Shown piece after piece: positions 44,521 to 56,534 of a stretch of DNA of 64,000 nucleotides. A model generated the notes under the pieces. It did not search any database. It was given only the letters and a program-made list of their open reading frames with translations, and was not told the DNA's origin. The stretch comes from Piedraia hortae CBS 480.64 (taxonomy: Eukaryota): positions 496,001 through 560,000 of the forward strand of contig MU005957.1 in the NCBI GenBank assembly GCA_010093745.1. Reading direction: 5' to 3'. Position 1 is the first letter of the stretch. Every line of letters starts with the position of its first letter. The translations under genes and the position numbers were made by a program.

Positions 44521-45931
44521 ATGCCTCCCCGCGCGAAAACGAGAGCCAAACAGGCAGCCGCCAACGATAGCGATGATGAATTGAACGGTCAGCAGAGCAT
44601 CCCATCAACCAAACCGCAACTAACCGTTCCAGGGACGAGCAACAAGGCCATGAACAAGGCCGGAGTCAAGCGCAAGGCTGCGCCCAAAGCGCGCGAACCA
44701 TTAAAAGACCGAACAAACGAAACAGCAGAAGAAGACGAGAAACCCAAGCCCAAACGCGCCAAAACCGGTCGCAAGGCGAAAATCGCAGCCGTCGCAGACG
44801 AACAAATAGCAAACGAACCCCCAACCCAAAACCCACCAACCGTACCAGAAGTCATCATCCCGGAAACTCAACCAGAAGTAGCAGAAACCTTGATCGATGA
44901 CCTTCCCGCACGCGAAGCAGTTCCCCCCCGCGCAGCTTCCCTTCAACCCCTCCCCATCCGTCCCTCAGCGCGCTCGCAAGTCTACATCCCGCGTGCCAGA
45001 AGCGCGAGCGTAAGCGAGCACATCAACAACCGCCACCGCCTCCCCCATACCTCCACCTCCTCCGAATACCACGCCCTCCAACAAGCCTACACCTCCCTCC
45101 TCGCCCGACACGAATCCCTCCTATCCCTGGGCGTGCACGAAGCCTCTCAAAACTTCTCAAAGCTCCAAACGCTCTCCGAGTCAAAAACGCGTGCCTCGAA
45201 CGAACTAATAACCCAACTCAAAAAGGAAGTAGCGTCGCTGCGTGCAACGCTGGCGTCGCAGACGGGGGAGTTGAGTGCTTCGCAAGCGAGGGTTAAAGAA
45301 TTGGAGGCTGGGAGGAAAGCGCTCGTGGAGGAGAGGGATGGTCTCAAGGAGAAAGTAGCGAGAGCTATGCTTCCCAGCGCAGGGGGTGGCTCCGCAGTTG
45401 GGGCCTCCGCGGGCGTGGGAGGAGGTGCTCTCCCTACAGTCGGTGCCGGAAGCGTCGGCACTTCCGCAAGCGTCAGCAACATGGAAACCGCAAAGAAAAA
45501 ATTGAATTTATATTCCGATCTCACCGGCCTCGTCATAACCAGCATCAAAACCAAAGACGGCGAAGATGTCTATGATTGCATCCAGACGGGTCGGAATGGA
45601 ACTTTACACTTCCACTTATCACTGGGAACTATACCCGAACCGACGCCGAAGAGGCCACACGGAAAACCGAACACGCCGGGTAAGTTTTCTTACTGATGCG
45701 TTCGGGAGGGATGCTAACGCTACGATAGGGAAGGTCGCTAACGCGAAAGTTGAGGATTTGGTAGAGTTTGGTTACACGCCCTTCCTGGACCCCCAGCGTG
45801 ATGCGGAGTTGATTGAGATTCTGCCGGAGTTCCTTACGGAAGAGATTTATTTTCCGCAGGAGAAGGCCGTGGCGTTTTATAGGAAACTTAATGTTCTGGT
45901 GACGGGGCCGGTTGAGGTTGCTAGGGATTGA
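44521..45931 (+). CDS. CSM1: Monopolin subunit Csm1/Pcs1-like (intron 45680-45728)
   Basis: Coiled coil, then LYSDLTGLVI, YDCIQTGRNGTLHFHL, YTPFLDPQRD..LPEFLTEEIYFP. Confidence 0.88.
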
Positions 45932-46198
45932 TAATGGGGGGTGGGAGTAATGGGTGGGATGCTAGGGAAGACGGAGCTGAATTCACGACTGGGTAAAGCG
46001 ATCGAATCGTCCAAGTTGGGTTGTTCAAGGTTATGATGGGTCCGTTTCATTTTGTCATGTTAGGATACCGCCAAGGTTCTATTCAAGTTGTATCGATTTG
46101 TGTGTCAGGGGAAGTGTTCCCCTTTAATACTCTGTCAAATTATGCCGCTACTAAAGTTATATTACCCCATACATGAGTTTTGATATCGTACAATGAAT

Positions 46199-46993
46199 TT
46201 AATGCAACCGCTCCAAATGTCTTACAAGATGATCATTCCGATTGAACCCCCTCGTCGCAAACTTGCACCCCTTGACGGGACAGTAGAACCGCTTCGCAGG
46301 GTCTGTGTTGTGTGTTCGCATGTGGCGACGTAGGTCCTTTGGGTGGGTGAATGCTTTGTGCTCTTCGGTACCATTTGGATTCCAGGGGGGGCAGATTGGA
46401 CAAATATATGGTTTTGCTTGCGCTTGGAGTTGGGGAGGAGGTTCGTTGTTGTTTGGAGGCGTTGAGTCTAGAGGTGGGAGAGAGACTTGAAAGTCGGGTG
46501 GTGGGGAGGAGTATGCTGCTGTATTGGGGATTCCAGGTATGAATGGTGGACCGATCAGGTCGTCTAGAGGTGAATATGATCCGGTATATGTTGATGGACC
46601 TGTTGCTGGTACTGGAAGAAATGACGGCATCTTGCCGTAGACGTAATTGGTTCCCAGGAACTGGTCCATTAGTTCCTCTCGAGGACTGTGGGAAGAGTAG
46701 ACTTCTCTTCTTGCTGGTGGCTTGGGAGATGGAACTGAGAGTAAAGTAGGTTCCGGCGACGGCCATGATGGAGAGCATCTGGATACAGGCGGTGTGGGCA
46801 TTGTGTCTACCAAGGCTTCATCAAGTGGAGAGAATTCTTTCATCATCTTTCTAGTCAACAATCGATTCCCAATATAACGTCGTAACATACCCGGTGAATC
46901 ATCTCCAAATCCCTTTGTTGCTGCTGCAAAGTGGAAGTGGTACCTGCATCGTTGGAGAACATTCTCCAAGATTGGCATACTACGACACTGCAT
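46199..46993 (-). CDS. C2H2 zinc-finger transcription factor (start uncertain)
   Basis: C-terminal CPIC...FTHPKDLRRHMRTH and CPVKGC...FNRNDHLVRHLERLH. Confidence 0.75.
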   Translation of the reverse strand: MQCRSMPILENVLQRCRYHFHFAAATKGFGDDSPGMLRRYIGNRLLTRKMMKEFSPLDEALVDTMPTPPVSRCSPSWPSPEPTLLSVPSPKPPARREVYSSHSPREELMDQFLGTNYVYGKMPSFLPVPATGPSTYTGSYSPLDDLIGPPFIPGIPNTAAYSSPPPDFQVSLPPLDSTPPNNNEPPPQLQAQAKPYICPICPPWNPNGTEEHKAFTHPKDLRRHMRTHNTDPAKRFYCPVKGCKFATRGFNRNDHLVRHLERLH

Positions 46994-47184
46994 GCCCTTT
47001 ATACAACTACGTCAGCTCTCGATTACCAAGCAGAGCCTGCATACACGTGGGTGCCGTGCATGTTCCCTGCCTCTAAAGTTGGATCACCTTTAACCATACA
47101 AGGCAAGAGGATCGAATCCTTCGAATCTGAAACGGGATTAATGTACCTAAAAAAAAGAACGTTGCGTATAGTTTCATCCTGCTA

Positions 47185-48252
47185 GCTATCCACTCCAATA
47201 CTTTGCGTATTTGCTGCTCCCCTTGATCACTTCTAGAAAGTTTTTCGCCACGATCCTCTCTGCCTGCTCACTAACATGCAGCTCGTCATACCATGCAAAG
47301 CTGTCAGGGCTGGGATTCCTCACGCAATGCGAGCGATCAACGCTGCAGTGGTTGGCGTATCCTGTCGTGTTAGCCTCTGCACTGCCGTTAAGATATTTGC
47401 TGCCGTTGTTGAGAACATCCGTAAGCTAAAACACCACGTCAGCCATGTTCCATCATGCTGGCAACGGATTCTCACCAATGAGTGGACATCAAAGACAGCA
47501 ACCTCTGCTCCTGGCAAGGAAGTCCTTTTCTTATCATACGCCGCATTGGCAGATGCCACCAGATTCTTCATGTGGTCTGATATGGCAGCATGATCAGCAG
47601 GCTTGTCAGCCCAGTACTGGTTAGCGCCCACATCGTTGGGAGGAGCCGCATATTCTGGCGCCCTGTCCAACGGTGAGACGTTTAAGATGACGAAATATCT
47701 CGCACCAGAGTCATAAAGCCTCTTGACCTGGTCATACACGCAATCGATATACTGCCCGACTTTGTCGTTCTGACCTCGCACAAAAACCCCAAGGTCATTC
47801 GTCCCAATCCAAATGGCGTATGCCGTTTTATTTTGGGAAACCGTTAAGAACCGTTTGCCGTCAGAGCCCGTGTAGGCTTTGTCAGCCGTAAAGGCAGAAA
47901 CCTCGTACGTGGCAATATCGGGAAAGTCGACTGGGGTAATGGCCTTGGAGCACACGGCTCCACCGACGGCGTAGTTGTACACGGCACAGCCAGTATATTG
48001 ATGCACGTACTGGACCCAGGGCCGGCCGCCGTCGGCAGAGTTGTAAGAAGGGGGATTTACCCAGCCGACCGGGGGCGGCGTATTTCCATGGTTAAGAAAG
48101 TACCAAAGACGAGAATCGTCAGTGTAGCTGTCACCAAAGGAAACGAGAGATTTGAGTTTGAGTCGAGCCCAGTTGCTGGTGGATGTGGACGCCACAAGGG
48201 GGCTTGCGTCCGCAGCGAGGAAGGAATATGCGAGAGCCAAAAGGATCTTCAT
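47185..48252 (-). CDS. Secreted GDSL/SGNH esterase (CE16-like; intron 47426-47475)
   Basis: Signal peptide; FGDSYTD, NYAVGGAVCS, WIGTNDLG; the last exon carries the catalytic WYDELH. Confidence 0.9.
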
Positions 48253-48412
48253 GGCACAGAGAGGTATTGGGGAGATTGGATATAAAGACGGCCATGGTTT
48301 TTACATAAAAGCCGTTACGGGGAGCCTGCTTCCTCGACAATAGGATTACAGTGCAGCTCCGATGCAGCTAGAGGAGTGGCCGGTAAATGTGGCGCGAGGC
48401 TGAAAGAACCCG

Positions 48413-49388
48413 TTACCATTCCGGATCGCGGTATTTCATTAATCCCCGGCCTTTGTAGCGGATGGGAGGAACGTTTGTGCTGGGAGGTTGGCGAAGTTTG
48501 CCAGGAAATTGGTCATCGAGACCTGTTCGGCGGCTGGGCTGGTGACGCTGTTCATCATCGTGCGGGCTCTGCTGCTTCCGACGCCGCGAACCCACAGTAG
48601 GTCTGCTGATGGATGAAGAACGTTTACGTTCCTCGTGACTCGGTGAACGTGGACGTGCCTTGGGACGTCCGCGCAGGCCTTCATCTCGTTGACTGTCGCT
48701 CGGACGACGACCTTTAGGCAGCGTTTCCGGGACGCAGCTTTCTTCGTCGTCTACAGCATCGCTTTCCCTGCGACGTCCACGCTCTTCCACCTTCCCGGAG
48801 CCTGAGATGAGCACAGGCTCCTTTGGGCGGTCCTCGGTGTCAACGGCGACCGTTGCAATTTTCTTGACCGCATCCATTCCAGACACAAGTCTGCCAAACA
48901 CTGTGTGCTTGCCATTCAGATGTGGACAAGGCTCCAGAGTGATGAAGAATCTAAAGTGATGTCAGCAACTACGAGACTCACTTTGGCGATCATACTGGCT
49001 GCCGTTGGTATCTTTTCCTCGATTAGCTGAACAAACCAAACCGGCCTCGTCCATATCCTTCCAGTTGAGGCTCTCATCTTCGAATTCTCCGCCGTAGATG
49101 CTCATAGTGCCTGTTCCATCGCCCTTGGCAATGTCTCCGCCCTGAATCATGAACTCGTCAATAACACGGTGAAAGGGCGACTGGGCATAGCTTTTGCCGT
49201 CATGTTCCCCCGTGCACAATTGACGGAAGCTCTACTGTCAGCAGCCGTGTGATCGTAATACGTTACTTAACTTACTTTTCACACGTTTTGGGTGTTTCAT
49301 CGACAAACAGCTCTATTATCAAGCGTTCTACAGGCTTCGAAGCGATAGTTACATCAAGAAAGCATCGCGGTCTAGCTGAGGCTGTCAT
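48413..49388 (-). CDS. Cyclophilin-type PPIase with Arg/Ser-rich tail (2 introns)
   Basis: [64 protein letters not shown]; tail [10 protein letters not shown]. Confidence 0.9.
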
Positions 49389-49473
49389 ATTCCTAGCTTA
49401 CATGAGGGAAAAGAAAAAAAAATATATAAGGCGAGTAAGCACACTCATCGCCTAATTAGGAAGGAGCCGAGGG

Positions 49474-50547
49474 TTACCACACCCTACACATAGCCTGACC
49501 GCCAATTTTTCGCTCAACACACTCGCGGGCCTCCAGCAGGCCGCGATCTGTACTGATAGCCATTATTTCGCCGACCTGGCCCATACCCTTTACATGGCCA
49601 ACATGATCTCCCCTGACCACAGCGCCAAGCTCTTGACTCGTCAGCCATATCCGCTTAGACGGTTTGCTGACCAGCCGAGCCTTGCTGATGACGGGCCGGC
49701 CCTCCCAGTATTTTAAACCGAGCCAAAGCCGACGCGATGCGCGGTTAGCCTGTGTGATGACGCCCTCTTCCTCCTGTGCCAACCGGTCACGGAACTGTGC
49801 CGGCAGCGGCGACACGGGCTGTCCGGTGATGTCCAGACCCATGGCTGAAATGGTGGTGCCCTCTTGTTCCAGCCGACTCGCCGTGGCGAACTGTTTTGGG
49901 CCGGCAAAGTACTGCAGGGTCTGCTGATCGAAGCCTTCCTTTTGTAACGCCGAGCGAAAGAGCCTCCGCCAGTCTTCGTGTGTCAGTGATTCTCTGTCGT
50001 AGCTGTCGGAAAGAGGCTGTGAACGCAGCATCTCCTCTATCCTCCTTAACCTCTTCGTCCCTTCCAGTGCAATCTTGCAGGCTTCATCGTCCAGGCCGGC
50101 AGAGGTCAGCTGCTCTTGGCTCTTGTCGCGATGTTGAATGATAAAGTCGCTGGCGACCTTGTCCCAGCCATCGTTTGCCAGCTGTTCGGCACTCAACGTC
50201 CTTGCTCTTTCCGCAAACGCGATTGCGTCGTCGTCGAATCCGGCCGTACGCAACTCTTCCACCGTCTTTCCGGCCAACAGATCGGCCAGCGCCGCCTCGC
50301 CGGACCACGGACTTTGATCACGATGGGGCGCCGATGTCACCAGGCGATTATCTGGTAAAGCGTTGGGGAAGCAGGATGCGGGCGGTGAGGGTCCAGCAAG
50401 CTTGACCTGCGAGAGGAAGCCTTGTTTGAGCAGCAGGAGAGAGAAGGAAAGGTGCAGCTTGGTGTATGGAACAGACGTCAGGCCCAGACGCGCAAGAGAC
50501 GCGTTTTGCAAGTGAGAGCAGACGTGGCCGAGGTTGACGAGGACCAT
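49474..50547 (-). CDS. MRPS8: Mitochondrial ribosomal protein uS8m with a large internal insertion
   Basis: MVLVNLGHVCSHLQNASLARLGLTSVP...; RRLWLGLKYW; TDRGLLEARECVERKIGGQAMCRVW. Confidence 0.9.
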   Translation of the reverse strand: MVLVNLGHVCSHLQNASLARLGLTSVPYTKLHLSFSLLLLKQGFLSQVKLAGPSPPASCFPNALPDNRLVTSAPHRDQSPWSGEAALADLLAGKTVEELRTAGFDDDAIAFAERARTLSAEQLANDGWDKVASDFIIQHRDKSQEQLTSAGLDDEACKIALEGTKRLRRIEEMLRSQPLSDSYDRESLTHEDWRRLFRSALQKEGFDQQTLQYFAGPKQFATASRLEQEGTTISAMGLDITGQPVSPLPAQFRDRLAQEEEGVITQANRASRRLWLGLKYWEGRPVISKARLVSKPSKRIWLTSQELGAVVRGDHVGHVKGMGQVGEIMAISTDRGLLEARECVERKIGGQAMCRVW

Positions 50548-50895
50548 GATCCGCGAGGCGGAGCGTTTGGGGGATGCGGTGCGGTGGAGATGGGGAAAAT
50601 ATTTTTATCCACGACATTTAGGAGCCAGAAATATGTTTGAGATCACGCTTGTCCCGTTTGGGAACGGCGACTTCGGTCGCGTCAACGCGTGCAGCTGGAG
50701 AATTTCTGCGCCAACTGCGCCGGGTGAAACGTCTTTGCTCGAGACAAAGGTCCTAAAGGAGGAGGAGCTGCTCTCTGTGACCCTTGTTGTCCCGTCACCG
50801 TCACATCACCGCCCCAAGCTCACCGTCCTTTGCGCTCCTCGTCCAAGAACAACACCTTACAAGACCATTGCACAAGCTCGCAACAACCGCAGAAA

Positions 50896-53800
50896 ATGTC
50901 AGCTGCGGTGGTGGCCACGCCACAGCGGCCGCTCCCCGGTGGCTTCATCTCCACCCCGGCGCCGCAGCCGTCGACCATCTTCGCAGCCCAGGCGGCGTCG
51001 CTGCGCCAGGCGCATGCGCCCAAGGCCGATGCCGCCGTGGGAGACGCGTCGTCGAGCACACTATCGTCAGTAGAACGAGCAGCGAACACAATCGGCGATG
51101 CGCTGGCGGCTGAAGCGCGGTTCCCCGACCTCGAGAGCTACGTCGGCCAAGGCGTCAGCGGCGACTACGAACTGCCAAGCAGCGCAGCTTGGGAGCCGTT
51201 TCAGAAGCTCAGGCTGTACGATATCCCGCCGGCCATGATTCAGCAGTCTAACCAGAGCATGAACGGGCTGCAGACGGGCATCTTTGCGCCGCTGTCACAC
51301 TGCTGGGCCATCATGGACAACTTCCTGTACCTCTGGGACTACACACAGGCAGAGCCAGAGCTGGTGGGCTACGAGGAGCTGCAGCATCAAATCACTGGCG
51401 TGCAGCTGGTGAGGCCGAAGCCCGGCGTCTTCAGGCCGGACATTACCCATCTCATCGTTGTGGCCACGCAGAGCCAGATGCATCTCTTAGCCGTGGCCCA
51501 TTCAGTTACGGCAGCCGGCGCTCACTCTGTAGCCTTGTTCAATACGCGAATGCACATCCCCACGGGCGGCCTCAACGTAACCACCATTGAGGCATCGGCA
51601 AAAAGCCATCGCATTTTCTTCTTAGACGGGCACGGCGAAGACATTTACGAGTTCCACTACCAGAGCGAGGAGGGCTGGTTTCGTGGGAAATGTTCCCGCA
51701 TATGCCACACACGTAGCCAATACGACTACTTTCCAGCGCCGGTCAAGATGCTCAGCAGCATCGTGAACAAATCGGCGGTGCAAAAGTTCTTCATCCAACT
51801 CGTGATTGACGACTCCAGAGACCTCATGTACACTCTCAGCAACACCAACGAGATCAAGGTCTGGACGCTGCGGGACCAGGTCAGGCTAGCCCTCGCCCGC
51901 CCATTGACCAACCTCCTGCAGACCACCGGCCACTTCTCCGCCCGTACCGACCTGCTCTACAGTAATAATGTACGCATTGTTAGTATCAATGCCATTCCTG
52001 CCTCCGAGGCCGGCAAGTTGAGCCTTCTGGCCACAACAAACACGGGCTGTCGGCTGTATCTGTCGGCCACTCGCGGTTACGGCTTCCCAGCGGATGGCCA
52101 GAATGGTCCTAACAGTATGCAAATTCTGCACATTCGCTTTCCGCCCAGAGACGGCCGGGTGATCGAGCAGCCAACGCCGTCCACTCAGCTGGTGCCGGCT
52201 CAGAACGCCAACGTAGACACCAATTCCCGCGTCCTGGACCAGACAAAGAGTGCGTGTAGATATCCCCCAGGCTACTTCTTCGCCTTCCAGGAAGATCTGA
52301 CTGCGAGCACCATCTCTGACCAGGTCTTTTGCACCGCACCGGATTTTGCCAGGCTCAAGAATCCCCAGGATGCCGGGCCCCTAAACACACGTTTTTCTGA
52401 ATTTGGCCAGTGGATAAGGCTGCCAGGAGAATTGTCTGGTATTGCACCGACGACGCCCGACTTTGTATCCACATCTTGCCATGAACTGGCGGGTCAATTC
52501 GACCAGGCCAGTCCCGAGATGGTTATCATGACCAGCTCCGGCGTGCAAACGCTGCGGCGTAGGCGGTTAGTGGATGTCTTTGCCACTATGCTCCGGGGCT
52601 CGTCCAACGACGATGAAGGCCGCGAGGGGGATATCAAGCGCTTCGTGCGTATGTACGGCCGCGGCGAAACGGCAGCCACCGCCATTGCTGTAGCTTGTGG
52701 CCAAGGTCTTGATGCTCCCGATGATAATCTAGGCCGTGTGAGCAACATTACCGACCCCGATGTTCTGGAGGTTGCACGGCGAGTATTCATCGAGCAAGGC
52801 GGTAAGCCAGAGTACAATGCCAACGCCGTCATCGATCGTACTGCAGACCCGCTGGATAGCGTTCGACTTAGCCCAAGACACGAAGGCCTTTCCCTCTACA
52901 TCTGCCGTCTGGTAAGGTCCATCTGGTCATCTACCGTGATCCAACAGAAGACGATGCCGGGAAAGCCGCTTCAGATGTACTCGACCATTCCAGCAGAGAA
53001 GCTGCGCAAGGTCCAACGAGACCTCATTGCGTTGTCAGACTTTTTGGATCGGAACAGATCGCTCATCGAAGGCCTTGCCGGTCCCCAGGCTCTGCACCGG
53101 GCAACAAACCGCCAGGAGGAGATTGCACTCCAAGGCGAACACCGAGCAATGAGCAGTTTGGTGCAGCTAATTGGCAGCATCATCGAAGGCATCGCATTTG
53201 TGCTGGTCCTGTTTGACGAGCGAGTGGAGGATATCGTCCTGGCCTTGCCTGCAGAGAGCCAGAAGAAAACCCTGGAGCTGCAGTATCACGAGCTTTTCTC
53301 CATGCCCACTGGTCGGGAACTGGCTAAGGAGCTGGTTAAGGCCATCGTCAACCGCAACATTGCCAACGGCAGCAACGTCGACACCGTAGCTGATGCTCTG
53401 CGGAGGCGTTGTGGCTCGTTCTGCAGTGCCGATGACGTGGTGATATTTAAAGCTCAGGAACAAGTCAAACGAGCATCAGAGGCCGGATCGGGCTCGGAAA
53501 CAGGTCGTGTCCTGCTGAACGAGAGCCAGAGGTTATTCACAAAGGTGGCCGGAAGTCTCCACGATGAAGTTCTTCACTGGACTGTTGGGCAATACGTCGA
53601 CATGGCGTTTTATGCCGGAGCCATTCAGCTCTGTCTAGCCGTGGCCCATGAGCGGGATCGGGCACAGCGGGCTGCCAGTTGGATACGAGACGGTATGCCA
53701 GATCGGGACGAGCGTCAGACGGTGTACGAAGATCGCAAACGCTGCTACGATTTGATTTTTTCTATCATCCAGGCCCTTGACACGGCCACATTGGGCGACG

Positions 53801-54945
53801 ACACTGCCATGGCCTCCCGTCGCCGTAACGAAGCCTACGATGTCATCAACGCATCCGACGATATTACATTTCAGTCTAATCTCTACGACTGGTACATTGC
53901 CACCGGAAAGGCCGACCGACTTCTCGACATGAACAGCCGTTACGTCGTTGACTATCTTGGTCGTCGTGCAGAGGAGGACAGAGTCCAGGCCGACCTTCTC
54001 TGGCGGTACTATGTCCACCACAACGAGCATCTCAAAGCAGCCGCCACTCAGCTAGAACTCGCTCGGAGTCACTTTCCGCTTGACCTCGAAGAGCGAATGG
54101 TCTACCTCAGCCGCGCACACACCAACGCTTCCACGCGCACCACCATCCTCACAGACTCCCGCCAAGATAAACAGCAACTCCTCCGACAAATCTCCGACCT
54201 CATCGAAGTTGCCACCATCCAGGGCGAGCTGGTACAAAAATTCAAATCTGACCCGCGTCTGCAAGGTCCGCGACGCGATGAAGTCCTCGATGCACTGTCC
54301 ATGCAGGGCATCCGACCCGTCGACGAGCTATTCAACAATTTCTCTGACCAGGCAGGCTACCACGACATCAACCTACAAATCTTCCAGGTAGCCGACCACC
54401 GTAACATGGCCGAGATCCGATCCGCATGGGAGCAGCTCATTACGTCTGTTCACGAGAATGCCGTAGCCCAAAAAGTCGTGCCCTGGGAACTCGTCGGTGA
54501 CAAAGTCCGCGAGATGGGCTATAAGCTACAACGATCCGAGAACACGTTCCCCATCTCTATCCTCTTACCCCTCCTTGAGCGCTACGCAGTAACCATGGCC
54601 CAAAACAACACCAACGACGCACCGCCGCAATACTGGGCCATTGAAGTCTTTCTCGAACTAGACACCCCACCAGAAACTCTGATGCCGGTGTTGGAACAAA
54701 TTTATTACGGAAACGAACACCCCTTCACGGGCTCCAAGCGTCGGATCCTTGCCAGCCATCTTGTTTTCTTAATTGGGAAATGGGTCGATCTTGCTGACCG
54801 TGCGGGTGAGAGATTTCCCTGTGGAAGTGAGGATAATGCCGTTGCAGCAAAGGATTGTCTGGATAGTTTGCTGCGTGGGAGAGATTTAGCGGATAGGGAT
54901 AGGGTCCTCGCTGAGGGCGTTAGGAGACTTGTTGAGAGGTATTGA
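50896..54945 (+). CDS. NUP170: Inner-ring nucleoporin Nup170/Nup157/Nup155
   Basis: DNFLYLWDY, PKPGVF, YQSEEGWF..C, NVDTVADALRRRCGSFCS, LDLEERMVYLSRA. Intronless, about 1350 aa. Confidence 0.93.
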   Translation: MSAAVVATPQRPLPGGFISTPAPQPSTIFAAQAASLRQAHAPKADAAVGDASSSTLSSVERAANTIGDALAAEARFPDLESYVGQGVSGDYELPSSAAWEPFQKLRLYDIPPAMIQQSNQSMNGLQTGIFAPLSHCWAIMDNFLYLWDYTQAEPELVGYEELQHQITGVQLVRPKPGVFRPDITHLIVVATQSQMHLLAVAHSVTAAGAHSVALFNTRMHIPTGGLNVTTIEASAKSHRIFFLDGHGEDIYEFHYQSEEGWFRGKCSRICHTRSQYDYFPAPVKMLSSIVNKSAVQKFFIQLVIDDSRDLMYTLSNTNEIKVWTLRDQVRLALARPLTNLLQTTGHFSARTDLLYSNNVRIVSINAIPASEAGKLSLLATTNTGCRLYLSATRGYGFPADGQNGPNSMQILHIRFPPRDGRVIEQPTPSTQLVPAQNANVDTNSRVLDQTKSACRYPPGYFFAFQEDLTASTISDQVFCTAPDFARLKNPQDAGPLNTRFSEFGQWIRLPGELSGIAPTTPDFVSTSCHELAGQFDQASPEMVIMTSSGVQTLRRRRLVDVFATMLRGSSNDDEGREGDIKRFVRMYGRGETAATAIAVACGQGLDAPDDNLGRVSNITDPDVLEVARRVFIEQGGKPEYNANAVIDRTADPLDSVRLSPRHEGLSLYICRLVRSIWSSTVIQQKTMPGKPLQMYSTIPAEKLRKVQRDLIALSDFLDRNRSLIEGLAGPQALHRATNRQEEIALQGEHRAMSSLVQLIGSIIEGIAFVLVLFDERVEDIVLALPAESQKKTLELQYHELFSMPTGRELAKELVKAIVNRNIANGSNVDTVADALRRRCGSFCSADDVVIFKAQEQVKRASEAGSGSETGRVLLNESQRLFTKVAGSLHDEVLHWTVGQYVDMAFYAGAIQLCLAVAHERDRAQRAASWIRDGMPDRDERQTVYEDRKRCYDLIFSIIQALDTATLGDDTAMASRRRNEAYDVINASDDITFQSNLYDWYIATGKADRLLDMNSRYVVDYLGRRAEEDRVQADLLWRYYVHHNEHLKAAATQLELARSHFPLDLEERMVYLSRAHTNASTRTTILTDSRQDKQQLLRQISDLIEVATIQGELVQKFKSDPRLQGPRRDEVLDALSMQGIRPVDELFNNFSDQAGYHDINLQIFQVADHRNMAEIRSAWEQLITSVHENAVAQKVVPWELVGDKVREMGYKLQRSENTFPISILLPLLERYAVTMAQNNTNDAPPQYWAIEVFLELDTPPETLMPVLEQIYYGNEHPFTGSKRRILASHLVFLIGKWVDLADRAGERFPCGSEDNAVAAKDCLDSLLRGRDLADRDRVLAEGVRRLVERY

Positions 54946-55434
54946 GTTTGTAATCTTCGAGATGAAAGGGTTGCTGAGTAGATAGATTCTATTTTTTTTT
55001 TCTTTATTTTTTTTTTATTTTTCATTTCCACGTGTAGTGTGTCTAGGCGGCTTGGGAGCTTGCTAACCATGGATTAACTTTGTGCGCCGTATGACATGCC
55101 TTGACGGAGAATTTCTTCTTCATACGGAAGATACTGTCTTCTCTATATAAAAAAAAAAAGAATTCTGTAACACTAGCACAGTCCCGCCAATGCGAAATTT
55201 CTACTGCGCGGACATGCGGTAAGCGTTCAGTCACTCTCAAACGCCTCTCTTCCACCCTTCTTCGAGCAAAGATTCGAGTCGGTTCGCAAAAGACTATCTG
55301 AACGACGTTGGTGGACTGTGGTTTCATGTACGGAACGAGATCACACCGTGGCATAGCTGAGCTCTGATTCGAAAATTCGCGACTGTATAAAAATCGTATT
55401 GAAAAGCTTAATGCCCACATTAGACTCAATAACT

Positions 55435-55635
55435 AAAACAGGTCGTGATATTCCATCCTTCGCGAAAACTCCTCGTCTCCTTGCTGAGGCCAAGCTCGTC
55501 AACTGCGTCATCCTTTCGTCTTCATCAATGCCGCTGCCCGTGTCATCCTCAGGCTACTGCCCGCCCTCTTGATCATTACAGAACCGGGGCGCACAGAATG
55601 CAAGCACACTGACACTGTTTCCCGGCAAGGGAAGA
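55435..55635 (-). pseudogene. Clr2-like family 3' fragment (copy 8)
   Basis: GKQCQCACILCAP, an acidic tract, DAVDELGLSKETRSF and MEYHDLF, matching the tails of the other copies. Confidence 0.65.
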
Positions 55636-56059
55636 ACCGACACCCCGATACCTCCATCTCTGGCTCGTCGAGAGCGAGCGAGGTATTGTATGAAAAGAAG
55701 CACTAGAAGTAGGATATTCGACATTATGACTGCTTCGTTGGACTGAGAGGCACGACAGAGGTTCTTACTTACTTGTCGAGCGATGCGGGGTTAGGAATGT
55801 TGTTTTGACGAGGGCAGGAAGATGAGCGTGGCTGCCCCTTCGCCATAACTGGTAAATTCTGATTTGCTGGCGTGAGCTTGTTCCGTGCAGTTGGGCATTT
55901 GGGCAGTGGCTACAGAGCATGTGGCGGGAGCTCGTCAGCTGCAAGAATTGACATGAGGTGGGACGTCTTTGTCTAGACTCTCGATGCGGAACTTTGGTCA
56001 TGTTCCAGGGCGAGTCTATCCAGGTCGCGCGTTACGGCGAAAGTGAGCCCGTCAACTGC

Positions 56060-56534
56060 ACCGCATTCTTCAGAGCACAAGTGACGTGCCTCTTCGTCAT
56101 CACTAAAGCTGGGACGCACAGAGTGCAGATGCACTTGCCCTATGTCCCGGCCCGCAGCCACAGGAGGTCATGGTCAGCCTCTTCAACTTTTAAGGCGACT
56201 TGCGCGGAGAGTGGTGACACAGTACATGGTGGGTCTTACAAGCTTTTTTATGGCCTCGGAGCTTGGAGCAAGCGGCAGGGGATGCCTTTTGCGAAACGCG
56301 GCCACGCAGCAAGTGGCGGCTCCAGTACGCTCGGCCAGTACCCTGAATCTTGGGGTAGCTGTTACCAGGGCGGCTCAGAACGAAGTACTTGTACGGCCAG
56401 TCGTGGTCGAAGTCCGTGGAGCAGAGTTGGCCCATTCCCTTCTGCCATCGCTAGGCGTCTGGGTTTCCGATCGCGGATTGGCTATTAGTGGCGTCGCTAT
56501 ATGAAAGTGCCAATGTTGCGGAGGATGCTGTCAT
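56060..56534 (-). pseudogene. Clr2 N-terminal-like copy 6 (intron region deleted; internally duplicated or chimeric)
   Basis: MTASSATLALSYSDATN...RWQKGMGQLCSTDFDHDWPYKYFVLSR...HLLRGRVSQK, then a second GHKKACKTHHVL...LLWL...GKCICTLC. Confidence 0.7.
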
